The notes beneath the pieces were generated by a model. It worked only from the letters and a program-made list of their open reading frames with translations, was not told the DNA's origin and ran no database searches. A stretch of 64,000 nucleotides of DNA from Felis catus (lineage: Eukaryota), in assembly GCF_018350175.1 (NCBI RefSeq), contig NC_058368.1, positions 190,218,001-190,282,000 of the forward strand. The letters are read 5' to 3'. The translations under genes were made by a program, and so were the position numbers. Positions 38,671-50,844 of this stretch are shown here, one piece after another (the first letter of the stretch is position 1; each line of letters starts with the position of its first letter).

Positions 38671-40248
38671 ATAAGATATCGTATTCATCTTATACACCTG
38701 ACACAGTGCCAAGCAATGTCAGGTGAATGGGAACTATTATTTATAAAGTAAGTAAATGATCTCTAAAACTCCTTCTAATAGTCACTGTGTGATTCTGTGA
38801 TCCCATAAGCCTACTACACGTCATGACTTGAAGAGAATCTCACAGTCATTGAAGACACACACACAAATACACACAGCCCATCTTGCTGAATGGGTTACGT
38901 TCCTGCCTCTTCCTCAAGGCAGTGGACTTTTGTGTTGGGAGATTCCAGGGAGAATAGGGTCTACAGGATAAATACGCTGAGAAGCAGAGCTGTTCATCCA
39001 GTCGCTTTAGGAGTTTGCTATCTGGGTCATTTCCCGGTGGGAGTCAAGCCCCAAGGTGAGTCCCACAAAGGTCTGAGTAGAAGTTGCAGGCTTTTTCACT
39101 TGTGCCTAGTGGTCCTCTGGTGTGTGAACCGGCTCCTGCAGTGGACATGGGCATTTGGTCAACAGGGGAGCTCAACACACCAAAAACATAAGCCAGCCTG
39201 TTTTTCGCTGGGACTTTAAGAGGCAGGGGAATAGCTAAGCTATTCATTGCTGTCCAACTGTGACTGAAGAACTCCGAATTACAATTTCTCCATGTCACCC
39301 ACACAGCAGATGACAGCGAATGGGTATGAACAATAATCTGGTTCTTGGAACACGGCGAAATTCATCTTCATATTGGCTTCTCTTCTATCGGCTTTACCTC
39401 TCTCAAATACACTCACTGTGTTGCTGCCAGAATATATTTTTAAACAGAAATTTGACCTTCTCTCTTTGCACACTGACATCTTTTCTATCTATAGGTAGAG
39501 TTCCAACATTTCTTGTCTTTTCAAATATGGTCCTTATCTAGATTTACAGATTCAGTTTCAATTTGCCTCCACCGCTTAATCATCCTCACCCTTGCCAACA
39601 CCTTGTGGCCATCCCCACAACTTCCACTCCAGCAAGGATAAGCTGATAATAGCTTCCTCATACATTCTATTTCCTTTATCGCTCTACCTGTTAACTATCT
39701 CTCTTACTTCTGCCCACTTGCTTGCTAGAAAAAAACATAATTAATCTTCCAAACTGAGTCGGACATTACATCCTCTATGACGGTATGTCTCAAACTTTAA
39801 TGTGCTTAGGAGCACCTGTGGATTTTGTGAAAATGCAGATTCTCATTCAGTGAGTTTCGGGGTGAAGCCAGAGAATTCACACTTGTCACCAGTTGGTCTT
39901 GCTGCTATTGCTGGTCTAGGGACCACACTTTGAGTAGCAAGGTTCCAGGAAGTTTTCCTGATGTCACCCTTCCCCTGATAGATTCCATAACTTTTTTCTC
40001 CTCTCCTCTCCTCTTAGACCATATTTCTGTTGGTGCTGTAATTGCTGGATGATTTTACTTGTTTATATGTCTGCCTTCTTAACTGTACCTGAAGTTTCTG
40101 AAAACCAAAGACTGCCTTTTTCATCTTTGTTTCTGTAGCTCTCGGTAGAGTATATGATAGGAACGCAAGAAGCCTTTGATATTTATATCAAATGTTGAAT
40201 GATATATAGTCTTTACTTGCTTGTGGAACATACAGCCATGTAATCATT

Positions 40249-40254
40249 TTTATT
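40249..40254 (-). terminator. ITK: Candidate ITK poly(A) signal AATAAA (further copies at 40333-40338 and 40399-40404)
   Basis: TTTATT on plus strand, followed on the minus strand by CA dinucleotides and GU-rich GGCTGTATGTT. Confidence 0.55.
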
Positions 40255-40908
40255 TGAGGAAAATTTTTGTTGTTTGACATTTGGGCAAATGGAACCCAGG
40301 CCATATATACTGTATTTGTTAAAACATATAGCTTTATTTGCTAGACCCAACCTTCAACTATGTGTGCTTTATAAATGGTTAGAGATATTTGTAACATTTT
40401 TATTATGGATACTAGCAGGGACTGTACACTAATAAATATTCAATACATCTAAATATAAATAGTCTCAAAAGGTACAAAATGCAAAATCTATAAAATGCGT
40501 CTAGAACCAAAACCTTGTATAAGAGAATTTTTTTGTGAACACATGGTACAATTTTCAACATGTGAGAGGGGAAAAGAGAAACAGACAGGAAGCCCCTTTT
40601 GCAGGATAGGACACTGGGGAGTGAACTATTGACATATGTTCAGTTAAGGCCCCAGCAAATCTGAGCGTGAACAAGATAATACCATGCAAGGGGTAATTTT
40701 TGAAACCAGACCACAGAAATCAGTCAATTTTGATGTTTTCCTTCTAGGCTGGATGTTCCAGAAATCATCTCTAATTAAGGGTTCCACAAGAGAATGTACA
40801 AAAGGCCAAAAAGTAAACAGAGATGATTTTGAATATGTTGAGTAAGGTCATCTTCTGAATGATAGAGTTTTATCTTGAGGCAACCAGTTTCACAATAATT
40901 ATAGTTGA

Positions 40909-41122
40909 GGGGCGCCTGGGTGGCTCAGTCGGTTGAGTGTCCGACTTTGGCTCAGGTCACGATCTCATAGTCCATGAGTTCGAGCCCCACATCGGGCTCT
41001 GTGCTGACAGCTCAGAGCCTGAAGCCTGCTTCAGATTCTGCGTCTCCTTCTCTTTCTGCCCCTTCCCCGCTCACACTCTGTCTCTCTCTCAAAAATAAAC
41101 ATAAAAAAATTAAAAAAAAAAA
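40909..41122 (+). mobile_element. CAN-SINE within inferred ITK 3' UTR (antisense to mRNA)
   Basis: Full head, body and tail; imperfect TSD AATAATTATAGTT / AATAGTTACAGTT. Confidence 0.92.
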
Positions 41123-41659
41123 CCAATAGTTACAGTTAAAAGCTATGCATCTGCATCTCTAGCTGGTCAAAATATCACACAGAAGAGTGAATGACTACAC
41201 TACCCAATAATCTCTCTACAAGTTTCATCTGAATGCTGTAGGAAAACGAACTCTCTCTTACATCAGTGAACACAAAATGTCCAAGAAGAGTGCAGCTGAC
41301 TCAAAGTTGAGATGATGATTAAAGGAAGCATTTATACACCCGCAGGAGGATCTTTCAAAGCTGTTTTGAAGCTCATCTATAAATGGCTTCCTGCAACATG
41401 ACTCTGGAGGGGTGGGTGAATCAAAGGGTTAATTAATTGAGCAACTCCAAAGTCATTAATTCTAACAAAGGTGAAGCTACAGATGAGGAAAAAGAAGATC
41501 CTATTCCAACTTGGAGGTTTACATGGCCAACCATAGTGGTCTACGTGGGAGAAACATCATTCTGTGTTGACTTCTTTAATGGCTTTCTAGGTCTCTCCCC
41601 CAGCTATATTTATCTCCTTCTCTGCAACCCCTTTCATCATCAGTAGGAGACAGTGCTGA

Positions 41660-41900
41660 ATAGAAATAAAGAAACTGCACTGGTGTCAGACAGATGTAGC
41701 CTCTACACTTCCTAGCTCTGTCACTTTGGGGAGGTGTCTTGGCTTTTTAAAGCCTCAGTTCGATTATCTGTAAAATGGGAATAAGAATAGTTTCTCATGG
41801 GGTTGGTGTGAACTCAGGATGAAATGAAATTCTGCAGATAAGGCTTGTAGCTCAGTACATGTTCACTGTGCAGACAGATTTCAGTGCTCAATCAACAGTA
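41660..41900 (+). mobile_element. MIR
   Basis: AGCCTCAGTT..TCTGTAAAATGGGAATAA core. Other MIRs at about 4820-4990, 6830-7050, 7260-7436, 17620-17830, 21050-21250, 36550-36800, 43330-43500. Confidence 0.7.
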
Positions 41901-42088
41901 GGCTGCCTTGTGTGCCTTGAAAGCACCCTACTCAGTGCCTGTTTCTATCCAGATGGTTTGAGTAAGAATAGACCCCTCGTTCCTCTCAGAGACTTTCAGG
42001 AGGCGTGAAGCCTCAACCTTAAAGTTGCAAACCTCTAGGGCCTAAACAAGCTTGGATTTCTCTGCAAGACCACACTGCCCGACACAAT

Positions 42089-42121
42089 GCTGCCCTCTGC
42101 TGATGAGGGTGGAACAGTGCA
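42089..42121 (-). promoter_or_regulatory. Candidate CTCF site (core plus upstream motif)
   Basis: Minus strand reads TGCACTGTTCC-ACCCTCA-TCAGCAGAGGGCAGC. Confidence 0.55.
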
Positions 42122-43082
42122 GAGGGGACTAATCCTAGAGGCCAGAAAAATTGGTGGTGGAGTCCTCAGTGGGAGTCAGGGTTCAGAAGAAACATCTTCT
42201 CCCAAGATGCCTGCAGAAGCATTCTGTGCGGAAGGGAAGGCACAGTGACCTGCCCAGCTTGGTACTAAAGGTGGGTGTTGGAGTACTAACAGCCCAAGGC
42301 CTTTCTCTGTACCATTTGGTTCTCCATCATTTGATGCCCTCTTTCTGTCCAGACGCCAGCCCCAGCCATGAGATAGAAATCGTTCACCCCGGTCCATCGT
42401 GTCCCTTCAAGGAGGAAAGTGGCACTGTGCTGGATGAGTAACATGCATTAAGCTGCTTCTAGATTATCCGGCCTCAGATGTGAGCATTAGTTCCGTCATC
42501 CTCTACGGCAGGAAGCTGCGGCTGACGACATCACAGGGGCTGAGTTTACACCTCCTGACCTTAATTAGTTCGCCGGTTCTCCTTGAAAAAGAGTCACACT
42601 CCTCATTTCTCTTGCCCCGTATCCTGGGATTCTGTGTTCTCAGGTCAAGTAAAAATCCCTTGACCATAAGCTTTAGATCTCATAAACCCTTGACCATAAA
42701 CTTTATATTTCATGTTTGAAATAATAACAAAAATAATAATCCACAGTCCTACCCCATCTCTCCTTTTCTCTAAGAAGTGCAAGAAACGTTGCCTGAAAGC
42801 TGTCAGATTGAGGTTCGTGCACCACACACAAGAGGCTGGAAGGAGGGTAGAGACATCGCGGCTGCTCTGGCTTCACTCCCAGTTCAGCGGCTGAGCCTCC
42901 TGCCTGCGGCTGGGTGCCAGCCCCTGCCAGGGTGCTGCCTCCGCGGCAGCTCAGTGACCGGCGCCACAGGGCGGCTGCCTCTGGGGAGTCCTGGGCTGGT
43001 GGCAGCTTTTAATGCTCTATGAATGGAGAATCTGCTTCCCCCATTCAGGATCTGCAGCCCGCGGCCTGGCGCTGAGTCTCTG

Positions 43083-43154
43083 CTAAAGTCCTGATTCTGC
43101 AATTTCAGCCAGTTGACTCAAGAGTCTGCAGAAAGGTGGCCGGTCTTCTGGTTT
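43083..43154 (-). CDS. ITK: ITK last coding exon (exon 17), KPEDRPPFCRLLSQLAEIAESGL*
   Basis: TTCTAG| acceptor, 72 nt ending in TAG; C-terminal AEIAESGL matches ITK. Confidence 0.95.
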   Translation of the reverse strand, partial: KPEDRPPFCRLLSQLAEIAESGL

Positions 43155-43511
43155 CTAGAAGGGGAACAAAAGAACTCTGTGAGTTCCTCGTACTTGTGTG
43201 TCATAGTTAATTCCAAAGCAAACCAGAACTCAAATGTGAATTTGAAAATGTGCTGCTGATTTTCAAATGTGTTTCCATATTTATTGTATTTGAAGCTATC
43301 GTGTCTCAGTTGTTAACAGCAGGTATTCAGGAATCATACGGCCTGCTTTTGAATCTAAACTGTTCCTTTCATTAGCTGCGTGACATTGAGCAAGTTACTT
43401 AACTTGTTTGAACTTCAGTTTTGTTGTCCGTAAAACGGGGATAATAATAGTATCTATCTCTTAAGACTGTTGTGAGAATTAAATAAAATCATGTTTTAAA
43501 AATGCACCATT

Positions 43512-43711
43512 GGGGCACCTGGGTGTCTTAGTCAGTTAAGCGTCCAACTTCCACTCTCATGATCTCACAGCTTGTGAGTTCGAGCCCCGCATTGGGCTCT
43601 GTGCTGACAGCTCAGAGCCTGGAGCCTGCTTCACATTCTGTGTCTCCCTCTCTCTCTGCTCCTGCCCTGCTCACGCTCTGTCTCTCAAAAATTAATAAAC
43701 ATTAAACAAAT
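43512..43711 (+). mobile_element. CAN-SINE at the 5' junction of an L1
   Basis: Head and tail; TTTAAAAATG on both flanks. Confidence 0.88.
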
Positions 43712-43715
43712 TTTA

Positions 43716-44722
43716 AAAATGGGCGAAAGATGTCAACAGACATCTCATTAAAGAAGAGATACAGATGGCAAAGAAGCATGTGAAAAGATGCTCAACATCG
43801 TATATCATCAGGAAACTGCAAACCGAAACAATGATATACAACTACATAGCTATTAGAATGGTTAAAATCAAAAACACCTGATAATATTAAATCCTGGTGA
43901 GGATATGGAACAAAAGGAATTCTCATTGCTGGTGGGATTGCACAATGGTACAACCACTTTGGAAGAGAGTCTGGCAGTTTCTTACAAAGCTAAATGAAGT
44001 GGTATCATATGATCCAGTGATTATACTCCTAGATAGTTACCCAATGGAGCTGAAAATTTATGTTCATACAAAAACCTGCACACAGATATTTATAGTAGCT
44101 TTATTCACAATTGCCCAAACTGCAAGCAATCAAGATATCCTTCAGTAGGTGAATGGATAGCCAAACTGTGGTGCATCCATCCAATGGAATATTATTCAGT
44201 GACGAAAGGAAGTGAGCTATCAAGCCAAGAAAAGACATGGAATAATCAACAAATGCATATTGCTAAGTGAATGAAACCAGTCTGAAAAGGCTACACATTA
44301 TATGACTTCAACTATATGACACTCTGGGAAAGGTGAAACTTGGTCAGTAAGATCAGTAGTTGCCAGGGGTTTGGACAGAAGAAAGGAATGGATAAATAGA
44401 TGAAAGCCCACTGGATTTGAAGGCAGTGAAACTATTCTGTATGATACTATAATGGTAGATATATAATATTGTATATTTGTCAAAACTCCTAGAACTGTAC
44501 AGCACAAAGAATGAATCTTAATGCAAACCATGATCTTTAATGTATAAGTAGTGGTTGATTAATCGTAACAAATGTACCACACTAACGCAAAATGTTACTA
44601 ATGGGGGGGGAGGTATATGGAAACTCTCTGTACTATTTGCTCATTTTTTCCTGTAAATTGAAAACTTCTAAACAATAAAGTCTATTAGCTTAAAAATCAA
44701 TAAAAGAGTCAAAAAAAGAAAA
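43716..44722 (+). mobile_element. 5'-truncated L1M (ORF2 end plus 3' UTR) in the last ITK intron
   Basis: AAATGGGCGAAAGAT..AACAGACAT..AAAGAAGA..ATACAGATGGCAAA; ORF 43897..44148 CWWDCTMVQPLWK; ends AATAAAGTCTATT plus A tail. Confidence 0.88.
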
Positions 44723-45222
44723 AAGTGCTAAGTAAATTTCAGCTATCATAATTATTACAGCATTTAATTCTCGTGAAGTTGGACTGGATTTGTTTTGCGC
44801 CTTTCTTTATGTCTTCATTGTTTGTTTGTTTCTGAATACAAAGCCTCTGTGAACTTACAGATCAAGCATTATTTAATCCTCTTATGAGTAAGAAAAAGGA
44901 GGTTCAGAGAATTGCCCAAGATTAATGACTAAGGAGTGGCAAAGCTAGGACAAAGTCTAAGTATCCTATACTTTCTTAATTCCACCTTATTACCCTTCAA
45001 CAATCTGAATTTGTGTTAATTCTCTGTTCAGCAGCTTTCAATTGTCATTGAACTTTAAAATTTTCTAACTCATCCAAAGGACATCTAAGACTCATGCTGA
45101 CGTGGTTTAAGATATAGCCTGCAACCCAAGCATGGGATAACTGAGGCATCTGGGAGGGTGCAGAGTAATTGGTTTTTCAGCCTAAATTGTTGAACAAATA
45201 AAATGAACTTGAATTAAGTCAC

Positions 45223-45431
45223 TTTATTTTATTTTACATGTTTTATTTATTTTTGAGAGAGGGAGAGAGAGAGCACAAGTGGGGGAGGGGTAGAGAGAGG
45301 GGGGCAGAGGACCTGAAGTGGGGTCTGTGCTGACAGCAACGAGCCCACGTGGGGCTTGAACTCATGAACCACGAGATCATAACCTGAGTTGAAGTCGGAC
45401 ACTCAACCAACTGAGTCACCCAGAGGCCCCC
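45223..45431 (-). mobile_element. CAN-SINE
   Basis: AATTAAGTCA on both flanks. Confidence 0.88.
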
Positions 45432-45823
45432 TAATTAAGTCATTTTAATATTTACACAGTACATGTGAACTTCTGCTCACCAATTTACAAGCTAACTTCA
45501 TGTGTACTTGATGGTTTTATGATGTTATGGATGTCTTTTCTCAGAAAATTGGCATATTGGCACAGGTCTGACCCCGTCTTCCTCTCTAACAGTGTTTTGG
45601 CTTGTGAAATTATACTGAAGATCAAATAATATTTCAGGTCACTGCCAGCTCTTTGAGGGATGGGCAACCTGTTTAGTTAGTAGACACTCCAACCCACTTT
45701 CTTGCTACTCTACTTCAGCCTTACCTGCTTCTTATCCTCTAAGAGGCTCCCTTTCTCTAGAGAATGTGACAGACCCTAACGTTGTTGATGATGAGGTATT
45801 GGGAAACTGCTTCCTTTACTGAC

Positions 45824-45981
45824 CTCTTTCCAGCAATGATTCATGATCTGGTAGATATTTGAGGAGGCCAGCCGGGGCTTGTATAAGCGAAATCCAGTAG
45901 AGATATCTTCCACCACCTCTGAGTTGCTTCGGTTTTCATACGGGATTTTGCCTTCACTGAAGACTTCCCACATCAGCACAC
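45824..45981 (-). CDS. ITK: ITK exon 16, (G)VLMWEVFSEGKIPYENRSNSEVVEDISTGFRLYKPRLASSNIYQIMNHCWKE
   Basis: 158 nt, GTAG| acceptor, GAG|GTCAGT donor; kinase C-lobe. Confidence 0.97.
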
Positions 45982-46446
45982 CTACAAGAAACAGGGAGTG
46001 CAGCACAGCTACAGTTCACAAACAGCAACCAAACGTACATCTAGAAATTGCAATTTCCTTGACATTAAGGTTCAAGTCCCTACCTTCAGGAAGTACAATA
46101 GCAAGCCACCCGAGCTGTATTTCTAAAGAACGGAGATTTCCCGGTCTTTCTAGTAATGAAGAACTTTCAAGCTTAGCCCTTTGTTATAGCTAACTCAAAT
46201 GTTACTACTAAAAGTTGCAGGGGATGCAAACTGAAATGTTACACATCATGTAAATGAATGGAGTGGGTGAGATGCGCCGGAATGGGGACTAGGACAGACT
46301 GTAGAGAACTGAGGGTCAAATTCTGTCTTCAGAGGACAGTTGTGATTTAGCTCCAGCTAAACATAGGGCACATGGGGATGAGGGCTCAGTATTGCAGCGT
46401 TTTCTGTGTTTTTAAAAAGAAGTCATAAATTGAGAGTTTTAAAATA

Positions 46447-46655
46447 AAATTTTTTAAGATTTTATTTATTTTTGAGACAGGGAGAGACAGAGCATGAACA
46501 GGGGAGGGTCAGAGAGAGGGAGACACAGAATCTGGAACAGGCTCCAGGCTCTGAACTGTCAGCACAGAGCCCGACGCGGGGCTCAAACTCACGGACCGCG
46601 AGATCATGACCTGAGCTGAAGTCAGCTGCTTAACCGACTGAGCCACCCAGGCACC
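46447..46655 (-). mobile_element. CAN-SINE
   Basis: 16-bp TSD TGAGAGTTTTAAAATA at 46431-46446 and 46656-46671. Confidence 0.93.
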
Positions 46656-46702
46656 TGAGAGTTTTAAAATAGAAATACAATTTGATTTTTTAAAATACTG
46701 TG

Positions 46703-46916
46703 AGGGTGCCTGGTTGCTTAGACGGTTAAGCATCCAACTCTTGATTTAGGCTCAGGTCATGATCTCACAGTTTGTGGGATCGAGCCCCACATCAGGGCGT
46801 GCACTGACAGCATGTAGCCTTCTTGGGATTCTCTCTCTCTCCCTCTCTGTCTCTGCTCCTCCCCTGCTCATGCTCTCTCTTTCTCTCACAAAATAAACAC
46901 CAAGAAAAAAAAAGAG
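46703..46916 (+). mobile_element. CAN-SINE
   Basis: 12-bp TSD TAAAATACTGTG at 46691-46702 and 46917-46928. Confidence 0.92.
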
Positions 46917-48638
46917 TAAAATACTGTGTAGACAGAACAAAAAATATCTCCAAGTTGTCCATTTTTGACCTCTGATTTAAACCCTTTCCTCTTCTGTTTT
47001 CAGAAGAAATGTCCCACCCAGTTTTATTATGTACCAATATATTCATGGGATGTCAGAATGGGAAGAGAGCTTGCAAATAACCACTTTCCTTGGTTTTCAG
47101 AGCATATTTCGGAGATTCTTAGGGCAGAGTTTTCCCAAGTATGATTCCCAAGACATCTGAATAAAAATCACCTCAGAAGTTTGTTCAAATGGCAGATCCT
47201 GGGCCCCCAGCCCAGACCTCTGGATCAGGATTTCTAAGGGGTCTTCAGAGGCATCTCAGGAGTTCTGGAAATTTGGAACCTGACTGTGAATAAGACTGTG
47301 TAGCTCCTTAAGATACCAGAATTTCTAGTGAGATTTCTTTGGAAAATCGAGGCCTGCTGCTGGAAGCTCATTTGAAAACAATTGCTTTCATGCCAACCTT
47401 GCAATGCATTGATTGGAAACTGAGGAAGGCCCAAAGAGCTTACTTGACTTGCTTAAAATAGCACAGCTAATTAGGGCAAAAGCATTAAAATGCATAACAA
47501 ATCTCAATGGTCTTGAGGCAGGCATCAAGTTCTCAGTCCACTCAGGTTTCTGTCTCTCAGGCTTGCCGCTCCTGTGATCTACCCTCTCCACCCTGCTTCT
47601 ATCAAGCAGGCTCAGTTTTGGATACTAAGGGGGCACATCTCAGGCAGGCATGGACTGAAGCGCAACCTTCTAATTATAAGATGCAACAGAAAATTCACAA
47701 CTGACAACCTATGGCAGAAAAGGCCTCATGCAGAGTTGGCTGGTGGATGTGACAAAGCGGCCATGGCTACAAACGTGTGGCTCGATGCGGCGTGACCAGC
47801 TGCATCCCTCATAGAGAGTGGCTACACATCGGCCATACCTTTCCCCATTGTAGAGGTACTTGGGGAAAAAAGAATCTTCTGCGATGGCTCTGGTGCAGTT
47901 TTATTTCTTCCAAGTTCGTTCTATAACTTAAATTTGAGTAACAAAGTCTTAGCTAGGCTGTTGAACAGGGAAGCTGTTTTAAGGAACAGTTCAGAAGAAC
48001 CAAAAATTAACAAACCACTTGGTTATTGGAACTGGATATTCTAAAATGCTGGGAAGACTTCAAAACTAGTTCTCTTAAGAGATTTAATTAGTCAGTTTCT
48101 CCCTGGTACTCTAGGTCAATACACTTGGCAAACATTCCCTTCATGCACAATGGCAAAATCAAACTCCAACTCATTTCTTTCCAAACTATAACCCTTATAA
48201 TCCAAATCAAAGAGATTGTCTGGTATGTTTTTGCGTATAGTTTAGTAGTTTGTGTATAGTTTGTGTACAGTTGTGCATAGTTTAGTACACACAAACTATG
48301 GCTTAGGATAATATGACAAAACCAGCAAGAATATTTAGTATTTTCTGCCATACCGACATCATTCATTCTGGCCTTTCATTCATGCCCATTTACACTTATC
48401 AGGAATTCTGATCCCTTATCATGGACTGCCAAGTTCATTGTCTACTCTTCTCTCAGTAAGACAGCACCTCTCTTTCCTTTGGACACACCACATTTCTATA
48501 ATTGCTGTTTTTTTGTAAAGCAATGAAGATCCCTGGATCTCCAAATGGAGATGGTTCTCTCTCATCATACAGATCTGTGCTCAAGGGTCACTTCCTTGGA
48601 GAGGCCTTCCCAGACTATGGTATTTAAACCCACCCTCT

Positions 48639-48828
48639 TGCCTGGGTGGCTCAGGAGGGTGAGCATCCAACTTTGGCTCAGCTCATAATCTCACAGTTCA
48701 TGGGTTTGAGCCCCATGTTGGGCTTTGTGCTGACAGCGCAGAGCCTGCTTGGGATTCTGTCTTCCTCTCTCTCTGCCCCTCTCCTGCTTGTGCTTTCTCT
48801 CTCAAAAATAAGTAAACATTAAAAAAAA
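48639..48828 (+). mobile_element. CAN-SINE (diverged)
   Basis: GCCTGGGTGGCTCAG head and AAAATAAGTAAACATTAAAA tail. Confidence 0.87.
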
Positions 48829-49437
48829 GTTTAAAACAGACCCTCCATCCTAGTCAGTTTCTATCCCATTACTGTTTTGTTTTATTCATAGCATTTATTA
48901 CTATGTAACTTTGTCTTACATACATAACTATTAGCTTGTTTACATGATTGTTATCTGTCTCTCTCTAAAATTTACCTCCAAGAGAATAGGAGTCTTTCAT
49001 ATACAGGCACCACTGCATCGTGAGTATCTAGATTAGCCCCAGCTTATAGTAGATGTTCAATAAATTGTTGTTGAATAAATGAGTAAAATATTTATTGAGG
49101 GTTAAGTGTGAAAATATAATTTTGAACAAAATATGGTCCTGGTCTTCAAGGAACTCATATTCTAGTCTCCTCACTCCTCCAGCTTTTGATCTCACAGAAG
49201 CTGTCACCGGAACCCACATTTCCGTTCTCATTTTACCCCCCATTTCAAAGATCTCTAAGACCAAATGCAACCATGAGGCTCCTTCATACTTTTCGGAGCT
49301 GTTATCACACACAGACTATCAGTGGGATGCCCTCATCACCCAGAGTCCTGGGCAAGTACAGTTGCCTGGATCTGACAAGTCAAACAGCTGGCTGGCAGTC
49401 CTGGATCCTGTGGGTGTGGGGACAGAGGGACACTCAC

Positions 49438-49556
49438 CAAATGACCACACATCTGACTTGCTGCTATAGCGACTGAAGGAGAAGACTTCCGGGGATGCCC
49501 ACTTCACTGGGAACTTGGTGCCTGTGGAACTGGTGTATTGATCATCAAGGACGAAC
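49438..49556 (-). CDS. ITK: ITK exon 15, (R)[39 protein letters not shown](G)
   Basis: 119 nt, CAG| acceptor, TTG|GTGAGT donor; activation-loop Tyr codon TAC at 49535-49537. Confidence 0.97.
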
Positions 49557-49646
49557 CTGGGTAGAGAGGGGAGAAAGAATGTCTGAATGTTCTGGGGGCC
49601 TGGGTCTCGTTCCTGAGACTTTGCTGGCACCACGTCCCCGTATTAC

Positions 49647-49711
49647 CTTGTCATCCCAAAGTCGGACACCTTGATGACTTGGTTTTCTCCCACTAAACAA
49701 TTTCTGGCAGC
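49647..49711 (-). CDS. ITK: ITK exon 14, AARNCLVGENQVIKVSDFGMT(R)
   Basis: 65 nt, CCAG| acceptor, AAG|GTAAT donor; DFG motif; followed by a 90-nt intron. Confidence 0.97.
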
Positions 49712-50627
49712 CTGGAATGGAGACAGGCAAACAAAAGAGAAAGGAAAACGGTTGGTGGATAAGCAGTATACAAGGGCACTCAGGAGCTTTACAGATGCTA
49801 ATTAAGCTTCACTAGCACCTGACAGGAGTTAGCTAAAAAGTTAAATGTGTAAGATCCCTTATCAGGATGAGTAAGTTTGGTCTTTTAGTTTTATTCCTGG
49901 GATTCTAATTAGAAGAGAAACCCATGGTGGTGTTTAACCAACGATATGTGTTGGTTTTATTATGTGTTCTAATGCAATCTGATGCAATAGGAAATGTTAA
50001 CATTAGGGACGGTAATGAAGAAACTGTCACCCATTTGACTAAAATAAGAATGTTTTGAGGTTGCTAATCCTCTTTAAACTATTCCTCAATAAGGAGAGTA
50101 CCTAGTCTCTAATTAGTATCACAGAATTGTGCACTTAGTGATAAAAGACTCCATTCTCTTTACAAATTTTATTTTATTATTTTTTCTTTTTCTCAAATTT
50201 TAAACGTGCCTACAAATCCCAAGGAGGATATGGTAAAGTGAATATTTCTGAGCTCCAACCCCCAGAGATTCTGAGGATGGTTTTAGCATCACCCCAATGT
50301 GACTGTGGTAGATCCTTGGATAATAGTTTGAGAATTTTACCAAGAGGAAACTGAGGCACAGAGAGGTTATGAAGGAGAGGCTATATGTTTCATTTTGGAA
50401 GAATGTAAACTCAGACTCAGGGGGTACAAGTTAGAAGCAGGGCTGGGATGAGAGCCTAGATCTGAGTCCTACTAGGGCATCCCCAAGTGGGTAGAAATTG
50501 AGAGGGGAAGGAAGATGGTCTGTGACTTGTTATTTATCAATTTATTCCCAGTCTGGGTAGCTGTACATTTCAGGGGGACACACCCCTTCATCCTGAACCT
50601 ATAGTTGTTTGCGCCGCATCCTCTTAC

Positions 50628-50844
50628 CAGGTCTCTGTGGATGACACATGCCTCTTCCAGGTAGGCCATGCCCTCACACACGTCCAGGCACATGCCCAGC
50701 AAGGTTTCTGCAGCAAAGAGTCCTCGCTGGTTGCGCAGGTAATCCGACAGGCAGCCGTGTTCCATGAACTCAAACACCAGGCAGATGGGGGCCTGCTCTA
50801 GGCATACCCCATACAGCTGCACCAGTTTGGGGTGAGAGAGTTTC
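50628..50844 (-). CDS. ITK: ITK exon 13, [72 protein letters not shown]
   Basis: 217 nt, CCAG| acceptor, CTG|GTAAG donor; Phe gatekeeper, hinge-adjacent Cys (TGC 50751-50753), HRDL motif. Confidence 0.98.

Larger units (their letters stand above)
40225..43082 (-). other. ITK: ITK 3' UTR (distal end inferred)
   Basis: Follows the stop codon; mostly unique sequence ending in an AU-rich block with clustered AATAAA signals. Confidence 0.6.

Noticed and set aside
38890..39219. ORF starting MGYVPASS, superficially like the ITK SH3 GYVPSSY motif
   Set aside because: Opposite strand to ITK, similarity limited to a few residues, no splice signals; chance match
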